From contig CM059431.1 in assembly GCA_030390025.1 (NCBI GenBank), positions 106,518,001 through 106,582,000 of the forward strand: 64,000 bases of DNA. The letters run 5' to 3'. The notes under the pieces were generated by a model. The model made no database searches, was not told the origin of the DNA, and was given only the letters and a program-made list of their open reading frames with translations. Every line of letters starts with the position of its first letter. Position 1 is the stretch's first letter. Below, in pieces: positions 38,761-52,189 of this stretch. A program made the translations under genes and the position numbers. Source of the DNA: Squalus acanthias (Eukaryota).

Positions 38761-39489
38761 GTTAGTCTGCTTCTATTAGGTACTTAATCAATGGGCAGAT
38801 GCATTGAATGATATCCGAGTGACAAAAGTATTGAATCCAAAATGTATAAGAAGAAAAATAAAAATTATATAAATATTTAGGTTGGAGTAGGCAAGAAAGT
38901 AGCAATAAAAGTGAGCAACACTTACTACCGATATATTCACTGCAGCACAAGTATATATTTTTTTAATGGAATAAGGTGTAATAAAATCAGAAGGAGTAAA
39001 TGGACAAGGACTGCTGATTACTATCATAAATTACTCCCAACATAATTGCAATTTTGAGAATTCCACCCATGGGTATGATGCTGAAAGGCAAATAATGAAA
39101 GCTTAAAGGGAAAAAGAAACCTTGTTAAGAGCTTGTTAACTGCTTGTTAATGGTCATTGAAGTCAGATGGAGAGAAAAAAAATGCAGCTTTTCAAAGTGG
39201 ATATTAAATTTAGAGAGGTAAATATTTACTCCTACTCCGACCTGCTGCTAGTTTAAGAGCTGTAGGTCAAGCTGCCCAAGAGAAGCCACCATACTTTAAA
39301 AAACATGTACAGTAGTGTGAACCTGTTCCTAGCTATAAAAAAATGTGTGGTACCTATTGTGGGCTATCAGATTGCAAAGGAGCATTGAGGGTAGAGGAAG
39401 ATCACCACTGAAAGAATAAATGTCCGAGGGTGAAGCATCTCCAGGCTAGGTACAGCTACCTGGACCTTACTCAAGAGCAGTGTTTCTGT

Positions 39490-40320
39490 ATCCTTTTGTA
39501 TCTTTGTAACCTTTTCCAGCCCTACAATCCTCTGAGAACTCTGCATTCCTGACACTGCAGTGTCAGCTGTGGCTCAGTTGGTAGCAGCCTCACCTCAAGA
39601 GTCAGAAAGTTGTGGGTTCAAATCCCACTGCAAGGACTTGAGCACATAAAGCTAGGCTGACACTCCAGTGCAGTGCTGAGGGAGTGCTGCACTGTCGGAG
39701 GTGCCATCTTTCAGATGAGACGTTAAACCGAGGCCCCGTCTGCTCTCTCTCAGGTGGACGTAAAAGATCCCAAGGTACTATTTTGAAAAAGAGCAGAGGA
39801 GTTATCCCCGGTGTCCTGGTCAATATTTATCCCTCAACCAACATAACAAAAACAGATTATCTGGTCATTATCACATTGCTGTTTGTGGGAGCTTGCTGTG
39901 CGCAAATTGGCTGCCGCTTTTCCCACATTACAACAGTGACTACACTTCAAAAAGTACTTCATTGGCTGTAAAGCACTTTGAGACGTCCGGTGGTCGTGAA
40001 AGGCGCTGTATAAATGCAAATCTTTCTTTCTTTTCCTCAAACTCTGGCCTCTTGTACATGCCTAATTCCCTTTCACTCCAATATTGGCGCCCATGCCTTC
40101 AGTCATCGAGGCCCTACTCTCTGGAGTTCCCACCCTAAACCTCTCCAACTTTAAGACCCTCCTTAAATTACTTTGTCGACCAAGCTTTTAGTCACTGCTC
40201 CTAATATCTCCTTCTTTGGTTCGGCATTGATTTTTCTTTGCCTGAGTACGCTTCTGTGAAGCACCTTGGGTAATTTTTCTACATTAAAGGTGCTATATAA
40301 ATGCAAACTGTTGTTGTTGT
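39490..40320 (+). mobile_element. L2 3' end interrupted by a full DeuSINE (~39560-40032)
   Basis: L2 sequence resumes after the SINE tail; TTCCT duplicated. Confidence 0.8.
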
Positions 40321-43300
40321 TCTATTTGCTAAGACTCGGGGTGAGGAAGGATGCAGTTCCTGAACTGTCTGGTCCACATTCACTTGCAGCTCTACCCTAT
40401 CAGTGGAAGGAAGGTCACCACAACATTAGCTTCTCTGTGCCGTCGTGTCATACTTGATGCAAATATCGCGCAACACCTCTTTATAAAATGCCCATCTTAC
40501 TTAGGACGTCTTTCGGTCACATCTGTTTGAGTATGGCACTCTCACTTTCCATCACTAGCTTTACACTGCCTTAAGCTGTCAGGTTCAAATATATCTTTGC
40601 AGATCCATAGTAGAGCAGGCAGCATTTTCGCTTGAATGTTTGCATTACCTTTGCAGCTTTCCTCAATCCAACTTTTGTTCCTGATGTCCTTCCAAGACTC
40701 TCTGTTTCTGAGCTGGAACTGATATGCTCAGCAATTTACATCCAGGCACCCCAAAAAAGGTGATCCTGTTTATTAAAGAGGTGAATGAAAATATGGGGGA
40801 TAGTGCCCAATGCTCATTGTTGGAACCTCCTGATCCCACCCCCTCCCCCTCAGCTAGGTCCACTCTCATTTCACAATATATATTTGTTAAGTAACTCATT
40901 ACCTGCTTCAGATGTGTGAAACTGACAGCCATTGCAGAGACATTTTGATTGGCCATTTTCGCACAAGACAGATTTACAACTTGGAGGTGTAAGAAACCTG
41001 GAAGCACCTGTCAGTTTGATTGACAGGTGCTAAACATGACCAGAAAAGTACTTAATAATTTTGCACAGCCAGCAGGAAATATACCCCAGAGATGCATGGA
41101 AATGATGAGGTCATCTCGAAGCAGTGAAAAATGTCATTGGCACTCTCTGTGTCATCATAGATATAATTGCGGAGACTACAATACTTGGTTACTTCAGGTC
41201 TTCTGTTCATTGGTAGCCGTGGCTTGCTAAGGATTGTTTGGCGTGCTATTTTCTGTATCAGGTGGGTGAAGACAACTGTTTAAAATTGTGAGCTGATTCT
41301 TTTAAACCTACAGGCGCAACACTGAAAAACGTGTGTTGGGAGTGTTATCCAACAGGGCAAACAATTCTGCCAATATGAGCACCATAGAGGGAGGTCAATA
41401 GGATAAATCAGCCTTTGTGATACTTCTTATTTTTTCCTGATTTGGAAAACCTTTAGTAGAAAGCATTTTAATGTAACATTAATTATTAGTTTCTTAAAAG
41501 GAAGTATCACCCAGTTTTTTTTAAGAGAATGTTGACTTGTATGTAAAACTCTTTGCCAGATGTATTGGACAAGTACTGATGTTTGGAGAAATTGAACTTA
41601 TAAAGTCGGGAAGGCCACCATCATGGGGAAGCAATTATCTGTCCTTCCTGCGATACAGTCTTGGTGTAATGACATCACTGTGGCTATCCTGTGCGCTGTT
41701 GCTGTGCTAAGAGCACCTCATAAATAATATAGTAGGCAGGCGACAGGAAGATGTCTGAAATTACATGTATATATGTTCCTGTCTCCTTTATATTTTATGA
41801 GCTAAAATTTTGTGGAAATGTGTTTAGCACAGCTACAAAGCATAAACGACCCGCAATGATGTCATTTTGCCCCCAATTCAGTACAACGGAACAAACAGTA
41901 GCGTCCCTCTGGTGACCAATTAACAGTTGTGTTGAGAACTAAGCATCCTGTTTTTGATGTGATATTATCATGTTGCAAGGGATCCACCTGGAAGAGGGAC
42001 TGAAAATGCATTGGGACTGGGATGGCTAGCTTCACGGCAAATTGAAATAGTAAGAACAGAGGGACAACAATTCCTACGAGAGGAGGATGCAATCTCTTCG
42101 ATATAATGGAAGTAGAATATATCTTACTTGAGAGTAAAAGCAATGTATATCAAGCAGGGAAGGGGCATGTAAACGTTTACCTTTGATTATTAAAGGAAGA
42201 AGATGTAGGGACAAACATTCAGAGATAAAACCAGCCAGGAAGGACTAGTGAAGAAAGACGTTAGGAAAATAAATGAAGCATTCAGGGTTTTTTACCCAAA
42301 AACTGTTCAAATAAATGTGTGAAACTGAGGAGGAGGGATATGGCCCATTTTTCAGAAACCAGAACTCTCAATTCTCGAATGGAGACAAAAGCAAAGCTTA
42401 CAAGAAGCCATATAGAGAATAAAATCAAAAGCACAAAGTGGGAATTCGTGACAGGAAAAGCCTTGGGATGGGCTGCTTTCTACGGTGTTTGACTGCTCTA
42501 AGAGAAGGACTGCTGCTAAGACTACAAAAGATATAAGAAGAGTTACAAGAGAACAGACGTCTGCCAGCTATCCTGAGACAGGCAACAATATCCCGCTTCA
42601 CTCCATTGTTGATGGCCACTAAGGATCAATTGGAATGTGATAACTGCCACCCTACAATGCCTCCTTTCAAAATGCCACTTAAAGATTCGCTGCTTTGAGC
42701 CCACAATGCCATCAAGACTCATGGGTGGAAGACGTATGGACCAGGTATGTTGTCTGCTTTAAGAACATGTAACCTTTCAAGAACAATACATTACTGGGTT
42801 TTTATGATTATTTGGTAGATTGTAAATCTGGAAGATCTACTGGGGTGGGGTGTTGGGGGTTGGGGAGGGGACTGGGGGAAGAGAGTCAGATTCTGGGGAC
42901 TTAATATGCAGGCTTAGCTCATCGTTCAGTTCTGCCCTAAATTCTACTGGAATTGAGGCAGTGTGTCAAATCAGATGCAGCTAAATGCAAATTATGGGTT
43001 TAGATTAGGATGACATCGTAAGTCCTGAATTCTGACTTAAGATTCAGCAACCTATGTCACCATAAACAGGGGTGACATGGATCAGCAGCTGAGAAAAGCT
43101 GATGTTGAGATCCTAGAGGTATATTGCTGTATTTTATTGTGCTGTTAGAGGTTCATTATGTTGAATTAAGCTTTTGTCAATATTTTGCTCTTTAGTTTAG
43201 AGGCTTCTATCTACTACCTTGAGTCTATTTCTTGTTTGGGGAATTTTGCTAAAATGAAGTAGATGACTAGAACACATTCATCGCCATGGGGATTTTCCCA

Positions 43301-43844
43301 TCTTTTACTTTTTGGAGGAGGAAGAGAAGGAGGAGCAGTAGGCAACCCAGGAAGCAAGCCTTGTAATGGAGCACAGTGAGATCCAGGCCCTCCTGCACGT
43401 ATAGCCCCAGAATATAATCCCTCACTGTATCCTTGGAGTTACGTGTCGGATAGCCTCTGTGTTCTGTGGCCATGTACAGAAGATCTGCATCTTAGAGAAT
43501 TCCACTCTGATAATTTCGCAAAGGATGGCACTGGAGTTCGTTGTGCGTCTTCATAGAGTCCTTGCAGTGGCTTCATTTGGTTCCAATACTCTGCAAGAAT
43601 TGGTCTTTCCATGGGTCAACATCTGTGTGCTGTATCTGACATCTCAGGTAGATCGTGTTCCACCTCCAATATCCTCATCCTTTGGGTTCCTAATGAGTAG
43701 TGAATTAGTCCATGTCAATCTCTCTCTCTGTGTGTCTCTCTCTCTCCCTCCTCCTCCCTCCCCTCTACCACCCATCTTCTGTAGAGATAAGAAGCATGAA
43801 AAATTTAATGAGTTTTCTGCTGTCCATTTTTACCTTCCTGTTAG

Positions 43845-44286
43845 GCTCAGCCATGGCTCAGTGGGTAGCACTCTCGCCTTTGAGTCAGAAGGTTGTTGGT
43901 TCAAAATCTAGGCTGACACTCCAGTGCAGTGCTGAGGGAGTGCTGCACTGGCGGAGGTGCCGTCTTTCAGATGAGACGTTAAACCGAAGCCCCGTCTGCT
44001 CTCTCAGGTGGATGTAAAAGATCCTATGGCACTATTTCGAAGAAGAGCAGGGGAGTTCACCCCAGTGTCCTGGCCAATATTTATCCCTCAATCAATACCG
44101 CAAAAACAGATTATCTGGTCATTATCACATTGCTGTTTGTGGGAGCTTGCTGTGCGCAATTAGCTGCTACGTTTCCTACATTACAACAGTGACTACACTT
44201 CAAATGTACTTCATTGACTGTAAAGCGCTTTGGGACAACTTGAGGTTGTGAAATGCGCTATAGAAATGCAAGTCTTTCTTTCTTTC
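43845..44286 (+). mobile_element. DeuSINE
   Basis: Head, core and tail match. Confidence 0.85.
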
Positions 44287-45304
44287 ACGTAAGGGTCCTC
44301 TCAGGAAATGAGCCTTAAAAAAAAGAAGCCATTTCTGATCCTTGATTATGAACAGTTAGTCAGCAGAAAACCAACTATGGGTGCAGGCCCTTGCACATCT
44401 CCACCTCCTATCGCATTAGCTGACTGACTTCCCAGGATTTGCTTCAGCCTCCTTCTCCTGCTGTTCCTCCTCTTCTACTCTGTCCTTGGGAATTGCCTGT
44501 AATCCGTTCCTGCATGACAATCGAATGCTTATTATCATCAGTCACTGACTGTTGAATTTGCCAACTATTTGAGAACCCTCATCACTTTTCTTATGAAAAT
44601 CCCACAAAAATAGCCAAGCTTCTACAGGCATGCATACACAGCAGGATTCCAAATCCATGTAATTTAAATGTTCCATGTGCAGGTGTCACTATGCATCCTG
44701 TAATGTGCCGGTTGACGCCCTTAGGTTTGTGAAATCACTTTCAGGGTAAATATTGGTTTACTATCTGAATTGTACAAAATGTTTATTAACGGCAGCTTGC
44801 AGCCATTGCACTTAGGTTTCCTGACCTTGTGAGATCATTAAACTTCATCCTCATTGGTGAGGGGTCCTGGGGATTAGGGAATTGTCACTCACTACCTGTG
44901 ATACCGCTTTCCACATGATGCTAGCTATCATATTGGCACTTCACTTCTTCCCGGTTTCTTTTTGATCCATGGTTTGAAATTACTGCATGCTAGAAGTGAT
45001 TTACAAGCAGTCCAGCTTTAAGAGTAGCATTTCAGTCCTTATGATTGATTTATTTGCCCCGCGCCAAACCTCCCACCCAACAAAAATTCCTCCTGGTGTA
45101 CCTGGACAAGCCATATACATTGGTCTCACCGAACTATATTGACATTTGATGACCCTGGCATTTAGGACAGGATCAGCATAGGGCTGGTTGAGTGGACAAG
45201 TCTCTCATTTCAGCAGTGGATTACAGGACCTAGAATTTCAGGGCCATGCTGTCTAATGCCTCCTGTACTATTCTTGGAAATGTGGTAACTGACTTAGGCA
45301 ATGT

Positions 45305-46414
45305 TGAGTCAGAACCATTTCATTTCCTGTAGAGCCATTACAGCCATAAGACTTTCATCTCATCAGTTTGGGCTGCATTTACATAGAATGACGTAGAATT
45401 TTACAGCACAGAAAGAGGCCATTCGGCCCAACTGGTCCATGCCGGTGTTTATGCTCCACACGAGCCTCCTCCCACCCCTCTTCATCTCACCCTATCAGCG
45501 TAACCTTCTATTCCTTTCTCCCTCATGTGCTTGCCTCGCTGCTCCTTAAATGCATCTATGCTATTCGCCTCAGCCACTCCTCGTGGTAGCGAGTTCCACA
45601 TTCTCACCACTCTTTAGGTAATGATGTTTCTCCTGAATTCCTTTGACAGAGGTCCTAGAAGTCTAACCTACTGCATCACCCAGTTCCCCTGAGAGATTTT
45701 CAAATACATGCAACGTTAGGGCTGAAATTGTGCTGTTAATGAATTTCTATGAAATTCCTTTATCTGCTATTTTAAGTAAGGATGTTAACCCATTTATTTT
45801 ATACAGATTAACACTATTGTGAAACAGACAGAAGAGTGTCATATGAATGGATTAACATGTCTGTTCCTAATATCACACGGCACAATTTTAACTTGTTTCC
45901 ATTCTCTTTCTTAAAAAGATAAATGTGAAACAACTACTGTTATTTCTTTGTCATGGGATTCCAGCTTCCCACTGTTATTCTTACTCTATTTACACAGTTT
46001 ATGGATTTGAAAATCCCTCAGGGGACCTGAGTGATGCAGCAAGTTAGACTTCTCACTTCTAAGACCTCTATCAAAGAAATTCAGGAGAAACATCAGTACT
46101 TAGAAAGTGGTTAGAATGTGGAACTCGCCATCACATAGAGTGGGTGAGGCTAATAGAATAGATGCATTTAAGGGGAAGCTAGATAAGTACATGAAGGAGA
46201 AAGGAATAGAAGGATATGCTGATAGGGTGAGGTGAAGTAGGGGTGGGAGGAGGCTCGTGTGGAGCATAAACACCGGCAAAGACCATTTGAGCTGAATGGC
46301 CTGTTTCTGTGCTGTAAATTCTACGTCATTCTATGTAAATGCAGCCCAAACTGATGAGATGAAAGTCTTATGGCTGTAATGGCTCGAGAGGAAATGAAAT
46401 GGTTCTGTCTCAAT
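45305..46414. repeat. Inverted duplication (~400-bp arms, ~290-bp spacer), each arm an old SINE containing a CR1 3' fragment
   Basis: 45305-45710 is the reverse complement of 46001-46414, including both CR1 junctions. Confidence 0.85.
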
Positions 46415-46717
46415 CCACGCCAATGGCAATAGAGTCACAGCGAAAAATAATTTAATGGTTCAAAAAGTAACTAATCTGTTTTGCATGCCCCATGATGTTA
46501 CCAGGCCGATACTATGATGCCAGAGTGTCATCAAACGAGCATACTCAGACTGGGAGTTGGGGATGCTACAATGAATTGGATTTCCAAATCCAAAAACAAG
46601 TTTTGGAGCAATTTACTTTGAATCTGATAGCTGCTGTGGGAATGTGCCGTAAGAAAGATCTGACCCAGTACAAGTGAAAAGCATTGATAAAAGAAGAAAA
46701 ATTGAAAGGAACTCATA

Positions 46718-47203
46718 AAGAAAGAAAGACTTGCATTTCTATAGCGCCTTTTACGACCTCGGAATGTCCCAACGTGTTTTATAGCCAATGAAGTACTTTT
46801 GAAGTGTAGTCACTGTTTTAACGTGGCAGCCAAATTGCGCACAGCAAGCTCCCACAAACACAATGAGATAAATGACCAGATTACCTGCTTTGTATGTTGG
46901 TTGTGGGATAAATGTGAGCCATGATAACGGGAAAACGCACTTGCTCTGCTTCGAATAGTGACGTGAGATCTTTTACGTCGGTTTAACGTTTCATTCAAAA
47001 GCATCTCCGACAGTGCAGCACTCCCTCAGTACTGCCAGCCTGGATTATGTGCTGAAGTCTCTGGAGTGGATAGTAGATAGTAACTAATAGATCCAATAAA
47101 GAACTCAGGAGAAACTTTCTTACCCAGAGAGTGGTTAGAATGTGGAACTCGCAACCTTCTGACTCAAAAGTGAGAGCGCTACCCACTGAGCCACTGCTGA
47201 CAC
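46718..47203 (-). mobile_element. DeuSINE with an internal CR1 patch (~47076-47151)
   Basis: Reverse-complement SINE; tail-less CR1 segment inside the head. Confidence 0.75.
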
Positions 47204-48085
47204 TTGGAAAAAGGTCTAACAATTGGAAAATTTGAACGGGTTTTGCCTTGTCCAGCTGAACTGGCACATGGAGCATACCTGCTACCCAGGATGGCTATGA
47301 ATGGTAGGGATTATGTCGCATGCAGAAGACTGGAAACGTGCAATAGAGGAAGCAGATAATGTCTGTATGTTGTGGGGTTTCCAGTCCTTGTAGCCTGTCG
47401 ATGAGGTATTTGGTCAAAATGGAGGAAATGACTGAAATTATATTCAAACCTGCATTCCATCTGGCGGTCCTGGAATTTTACCAGTGAAACTCTGGCACAA
47501 TAAGGAAAAGGGAGAGATTGATTTCACTTCTGTTCCTGCTTACTACAATATTGGACGGAGACAGAGAAACTTAACAAATAGTGTGATGCAGCGCCAGTAG
47601 CAGCTGGTACAGAAAAGATAACATACAGTACTGTCATGTTTTGGAATCTTTTGACCATTTTTCCACAGGATTTGTAAAAAAAAGAGTTACTTTAAATGTC
47701 AAGTTATAAAGCATGCTAATGAGCTAGATTTGATGTTGCATTGTCACCTACTGTAAACAACAAGCAATGTGTTACCTTGTCTTGGCTATCAATTAACACA
47801 TCACACCCATCGTGTTGGGGAGTCGCTACTCTCAGGCATGGGGTAGGAGGCCGAGCAGGCAAAAAGTGTGAGAAAACGCATAGACACAGACACTCGAGCA
47901 GAAGTTTTTGTGAAACAGAAGGCTGCAAGTCCGGCAGCAAAAATCCATGAGAAGGTTGAAAAGCAAGGAGAGAGTAGTCAGAAATGATTGGGTCCATGTT
48001 CACTAAGATATCCCACTGATGTGGGGAAACATGGTGTTCTTGATGTTGTATGAGACAAAGATAAGTTGCACTGATTAAATTAAGT

Positions 48086-48974
48086 GGGGGAAAAATTCAG
48101 TTGGTTGCGCCTCCCGTTAGCGCCTTAAGAGGGCGCTAATGGGGCGCAAAGCAGCTAGCGCCCGGGCGCGGCAATGTTTGCGCCGCTCGCAAAATTAACT
48201 AGACATTTTGCGGCGGCGCTAAACACTACCGTCACGATCTCCTGCGCCGGCAGTTCGTGACGTCAGTCGAGAGCGCAACGCCCCGGTAGCGCCCCAGAGC
48301 GGATATTGAGTGGTGCCCCCTGCCTTACCGCCTGCCGCTAGCAACGACAGGTTGAGGGGAGCGTTTTGCAGTCAGGAAGGGACTGGGGGAGTGCTATTTA
48401 AAGGCGAACGCTTCCTGCCTTTTTTTGTTGGTGACATTTTTGCACCACGCATTCTGAGAGAGAGAGAGACTTCTGGAGAGATTCAACGCTGTGTGAAGGA
48501 GTTTTGGGTACTGAGCAGCACTTTGCAGGTTCATTTTGATTTGCCCTTCCTTGCATCTATTTAGAAGAGACTGTGGGGGCTGCACTCTGAGCTCTTTCCC
48601 TGGACCTCTCCATTGTTCTTTCCAGCAGATTTGATGTACAGGGCTCTCCAGACCGAGATTCAAGGCTGCAATGAGCAGGATGTGGATGGAGAGCAAGATC
48701 AACCCTCTCCTTTAAGAACTGGCCGACGCCATTGTGTCTCTGTTCCATTGCTGACTGACATCACATGAGCTTCGCCAGCGCTCTGAGGTAACGCCTCACT
48801 CCTCGGCCTTTGCGCCTTAAGACAGGTGTGAAGCGCCTGATTTAGCACTCCAATCACCTCCAGGGGCGATAAAAGCCAAGTTTGCAGTCGGAGGCGATAA
48901 TTAGCGCCAGGCACTAATCTTTGCGCCCGGCCGATAATTGCGCCCCAAATGGGGCGATACCGAATTTTTCCCCC
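48086..48974. mobile_element. Harbinger-type MITE, subfamily F
   Basis: TIRs GGGGGAAAAATTC / GAATTTTTCCCCC; perfect TSD AGT. Confidence 0.85.
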
Positions 48975-49061
48975 AGTGAGTTTAATCATAACTGCTGCTT
49001 AGTATGTTCACTTTGCTGTGGAATCAAGTAACTTAATGATTTGTATCAAGCTTCATCTTGA

Positions 49062-49735
49062 AAGACTGAACAGGCTGGGGCTCTTTTCTCTAGTAAAGAG
49101 AAGGCTGAGAGATGTCCTAATAGAGGTCTTAAAATTATGAACATAAGAACATAAGAAATAGGAGCAGGAGTAGGCCATTCGGCCCTAGAGCCTGCTCCAC
49201 CATTCAATATGATCATGATTGATCTTCGACCTCAACTCCACTTTACTGCACTATCCCCATATCCCTTGATTCCCTTAATATCCAAAAATCTATCGATCTC
49301 TGTCTTGAATTTTCTCAACGACTGAGCCTCCACAGCCCTCTGGGGTTGAGAATTCCAAAGATTCAACACCCTCTGTTGCTCAAGATGCTTGATAGGGTAG
49401 ACCTAGAAAATATGTTTCCAATTGTGGGGAGTCCAAGACTAGCGGTCATGAATATAAGATAGTAACTAATATATCCAATAAAGAATTCAGGATAAACGTC
49501 TTTACCCAGAGAGTGGTTAGAAGGTGGAACTCGCTACCACAGGGAGTGGTTGAGGCGAATAGCATAGATCCATTCAAGGGGAAGCTAGATAAGAACATGA
49601 GGGAGAAATGAATAGAAGGATATGCTGATAGGGTGAGGTGAAGAAGGGTGGGAGGAGGCTCGTGTGGAGCATAAACTATTTGGGACTACTTGGGCTGAAT
49701 GGCCTGTTTCTGTACTGTAAATTCTATGTAATTCT
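49062..49735 (+). mobile_element. CR1 3' fragment with a nested minus-strand CR1 end (~49139-49374)
   Basis: CR1 motifs; AGAACATA-type tail of the insert. Confidence 0.8.
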
Positions 49736-49737
49736 AG

Positions 49738-49915
49738 GGCCTGGAATTTGCAGTGGGTAATAATACCCCTTTGAAACGGTCTGAAACTTCAGGATTTAGC
49801 TCATATGCATTCTAATGCGGAAACCCTGAAGTTGCGGTCAGTCATTCACTGCTCCGACACTGGCTGCGCTGTGCACCCCCCCACCCCCCTCCCCTTAACC
49901 CGTCATCGGAGAGAT
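49738..49915. mobile_element. MITE E end fragment
   Basis: Reverse complement of ~32700-32889. Confidence 0.7.
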
Positions 49916-50737
49916 TGAAAAAGTTCGCACTGAAGAGGCACGAATATCTAGTTCATGTCACAAGGAAGTACTATTGTTATGCTGCTGTATAATGCAGATA
50001 TGGGGCAGCGAGTCAACTTCCACAAAAGTAAGGCACCCAGACTAGTGGAAGTGACTGAACCCAGGAAAGTATCTACGGCAGACTCGGGTTTCCAGCAGGT
50101 GAAGATGGGTCTGAGAATGCATGGCACCTTCTGCACCCCGCTGTGCGAAAGGAAATCACATTAAGCGCAATATAAAGAAAGATGAGTGAATGAATAGAAT
50201 ATGGGTGGAAATAGCTAATGAGTTTATATATAGATTATACGTAAATATATAATTAGTACGTTACATATCACTGCACCTGAAAGTTATTTTATACTGTTGA
50301 TATAATTATATTCTACCTACGAAAATAAGAAAATACAGTAAAGATCTTAATTAAAAATAAGCGAAGATTCGATCTGATCATTTGGATTTTTGTACCACAT
50401 GGTTCGAGTTCATCAAGTAAATTATTGACGTTCATCATTTTTAAAAGTTAACTTGTCCACGGATTTATTTTCCTCGGTGGTATCTTATTGGAAAATAGCT
50501 TTATTTTAAAAAAGTTAGCTGCACTTCTATTATGTGTGGACAATTGCTTACATTGGACAGAACCTTGAACAAATCTAAACAATGGAAAACCCTGCAGAGC
50601 ATATTGAAATGCTGATATGTGTGCCTGGCACATAACGACCTTCCCGAGGAATGAGAATGCGTGAAGTTATTGTATAGCGTTCAATAGTAAGCCTGTTGTT
50701 TCTGAAGGAGGTTAATGCCTCTTTGATCAAACAGGTA

Positions 50738-51602
50738 GGGCTGGATTTTACCAGCCCTGAGGAAGCGGGTTTGGAGGCGGGACTGCTGGGAAAATCAAAA
50801 AGAATGGGAGCGGGTCCCGAACCCACTCCTGACCCGCCTCCAACCAATCCTCCCGGAGTCGGGTCCCCGATTTGCGCAGGGACCCGACTCCTAGCGGCGG
50901 GAAGAGGATTATAGCCACTTAACTGCTTGTTAACAGAAAGTTAACAGGCAGTTAAGAGGCTTTTTCCAATTTTTAGACTTCTGCTGCGGGCTTCCCGACG
51001 TCGGGGAACCCCGCCAGGGTAAGTGAGGCGTGCTGTGGGTCTGTTGTAATGTTTGTGTATAGATGACAGCTGCAGAAGTGGTGTGAAGGATGCAATGGGA
51101 CACTGGTGAGTATCAGAGGTAAGGAAATGTTGGGAAAGTCATTTTTAATGTGTTTAGATTTTTCTGTAGGTGACAAGCTTTGAAGTGTTTGTGTGGCCTC
51201 ACCTCAATGGGAGAAGTGACAGATCGCTTCTGTACCCTCATCTGCAGCTGCCATCTGTTTTATCCTAAGGAGAGAATCATTGGAGAGCCGGGGTGCAAGG
51301 GCTCACCTTTGTACAGTGACTGTCAGTGTTTGACAACACCTCAATGCTGTCAAACACTGTCAAATCATCAGTCAAAAATAAATGGTTCATTGCCTTTAGG
51401 AAAACCGACAGATGAAGCGTCATCAACTGACGTCATCTGACACCGGCTTTCCCTTAATTGGCCGGCAAGCCCACAGGGCGGGCTTAACAAGGCCAATCAG
51501 GGGAAAATGCCGTCTGTGCGTCGGACGTCGCTGGAGGCGGGACTAGAACCCGGAAGGCAGCAGTCCCGCCCCCAACTCGTCTCTGTGAGTAAAATCCAGC
51601 CC
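50738..51602. mobile_element. Harbinger-type MITE, divergent A
   Basis: TIRs GGGCTGGATTTTAC / GTAAAATCCAGCCC; flanks GTA/ATA; same TIR as the autonomous element's right end. Confidence 0.85.
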
Positions 51603-52189
51603 ATAGTGTCCATTGTAAGCAATGGATTTTCGTTTGGGATTCATGGTTTGAAGACTCAGATGAGTGGAAGCATTAAACCTGAGCAACACAATCAACTGCA
51701 GCATCAACTACAACATATCGGCATGGACCTGTTGGGCCGAATGGCCTGTTTCTGTGCTGTAAATACTATGTAATGCTTGATCAGCTGTAGCATTATAGCA
51801 GGAAGCTAGCATTATAACCCCACTTGGGGAAAGCTTTTAATAAATTTGTTGCTATCAACTAATTTGTACCTTTTAAGATAGCGGAATCTTAGAATTGAGC
51901 ACTGGGATCAGCTGGGGTTGGATTGTGATTGTGCGCTACTGCTTTTTGCACAGACTGAGGTCTGTTAATGCACTGGGCAGACTCGAAATGTAGTTAAAAG
52001 TCTCATTAATGAGCGCCTATAACATGGCTCTTGCTGCCTGCAAAGGTGGTTCAGCAGGAATCCAGTCTCGTGTCTCAGCTTTGCCTTGCTTTGTTCTTGG
52101 CTGCGACTGGATGACCTTCCCTAGATTTATGCTTCTTTGCATGGCAAAGGTGTGGGCCACACAACTAAGGGTAGTGAGCTTGGCGTATT

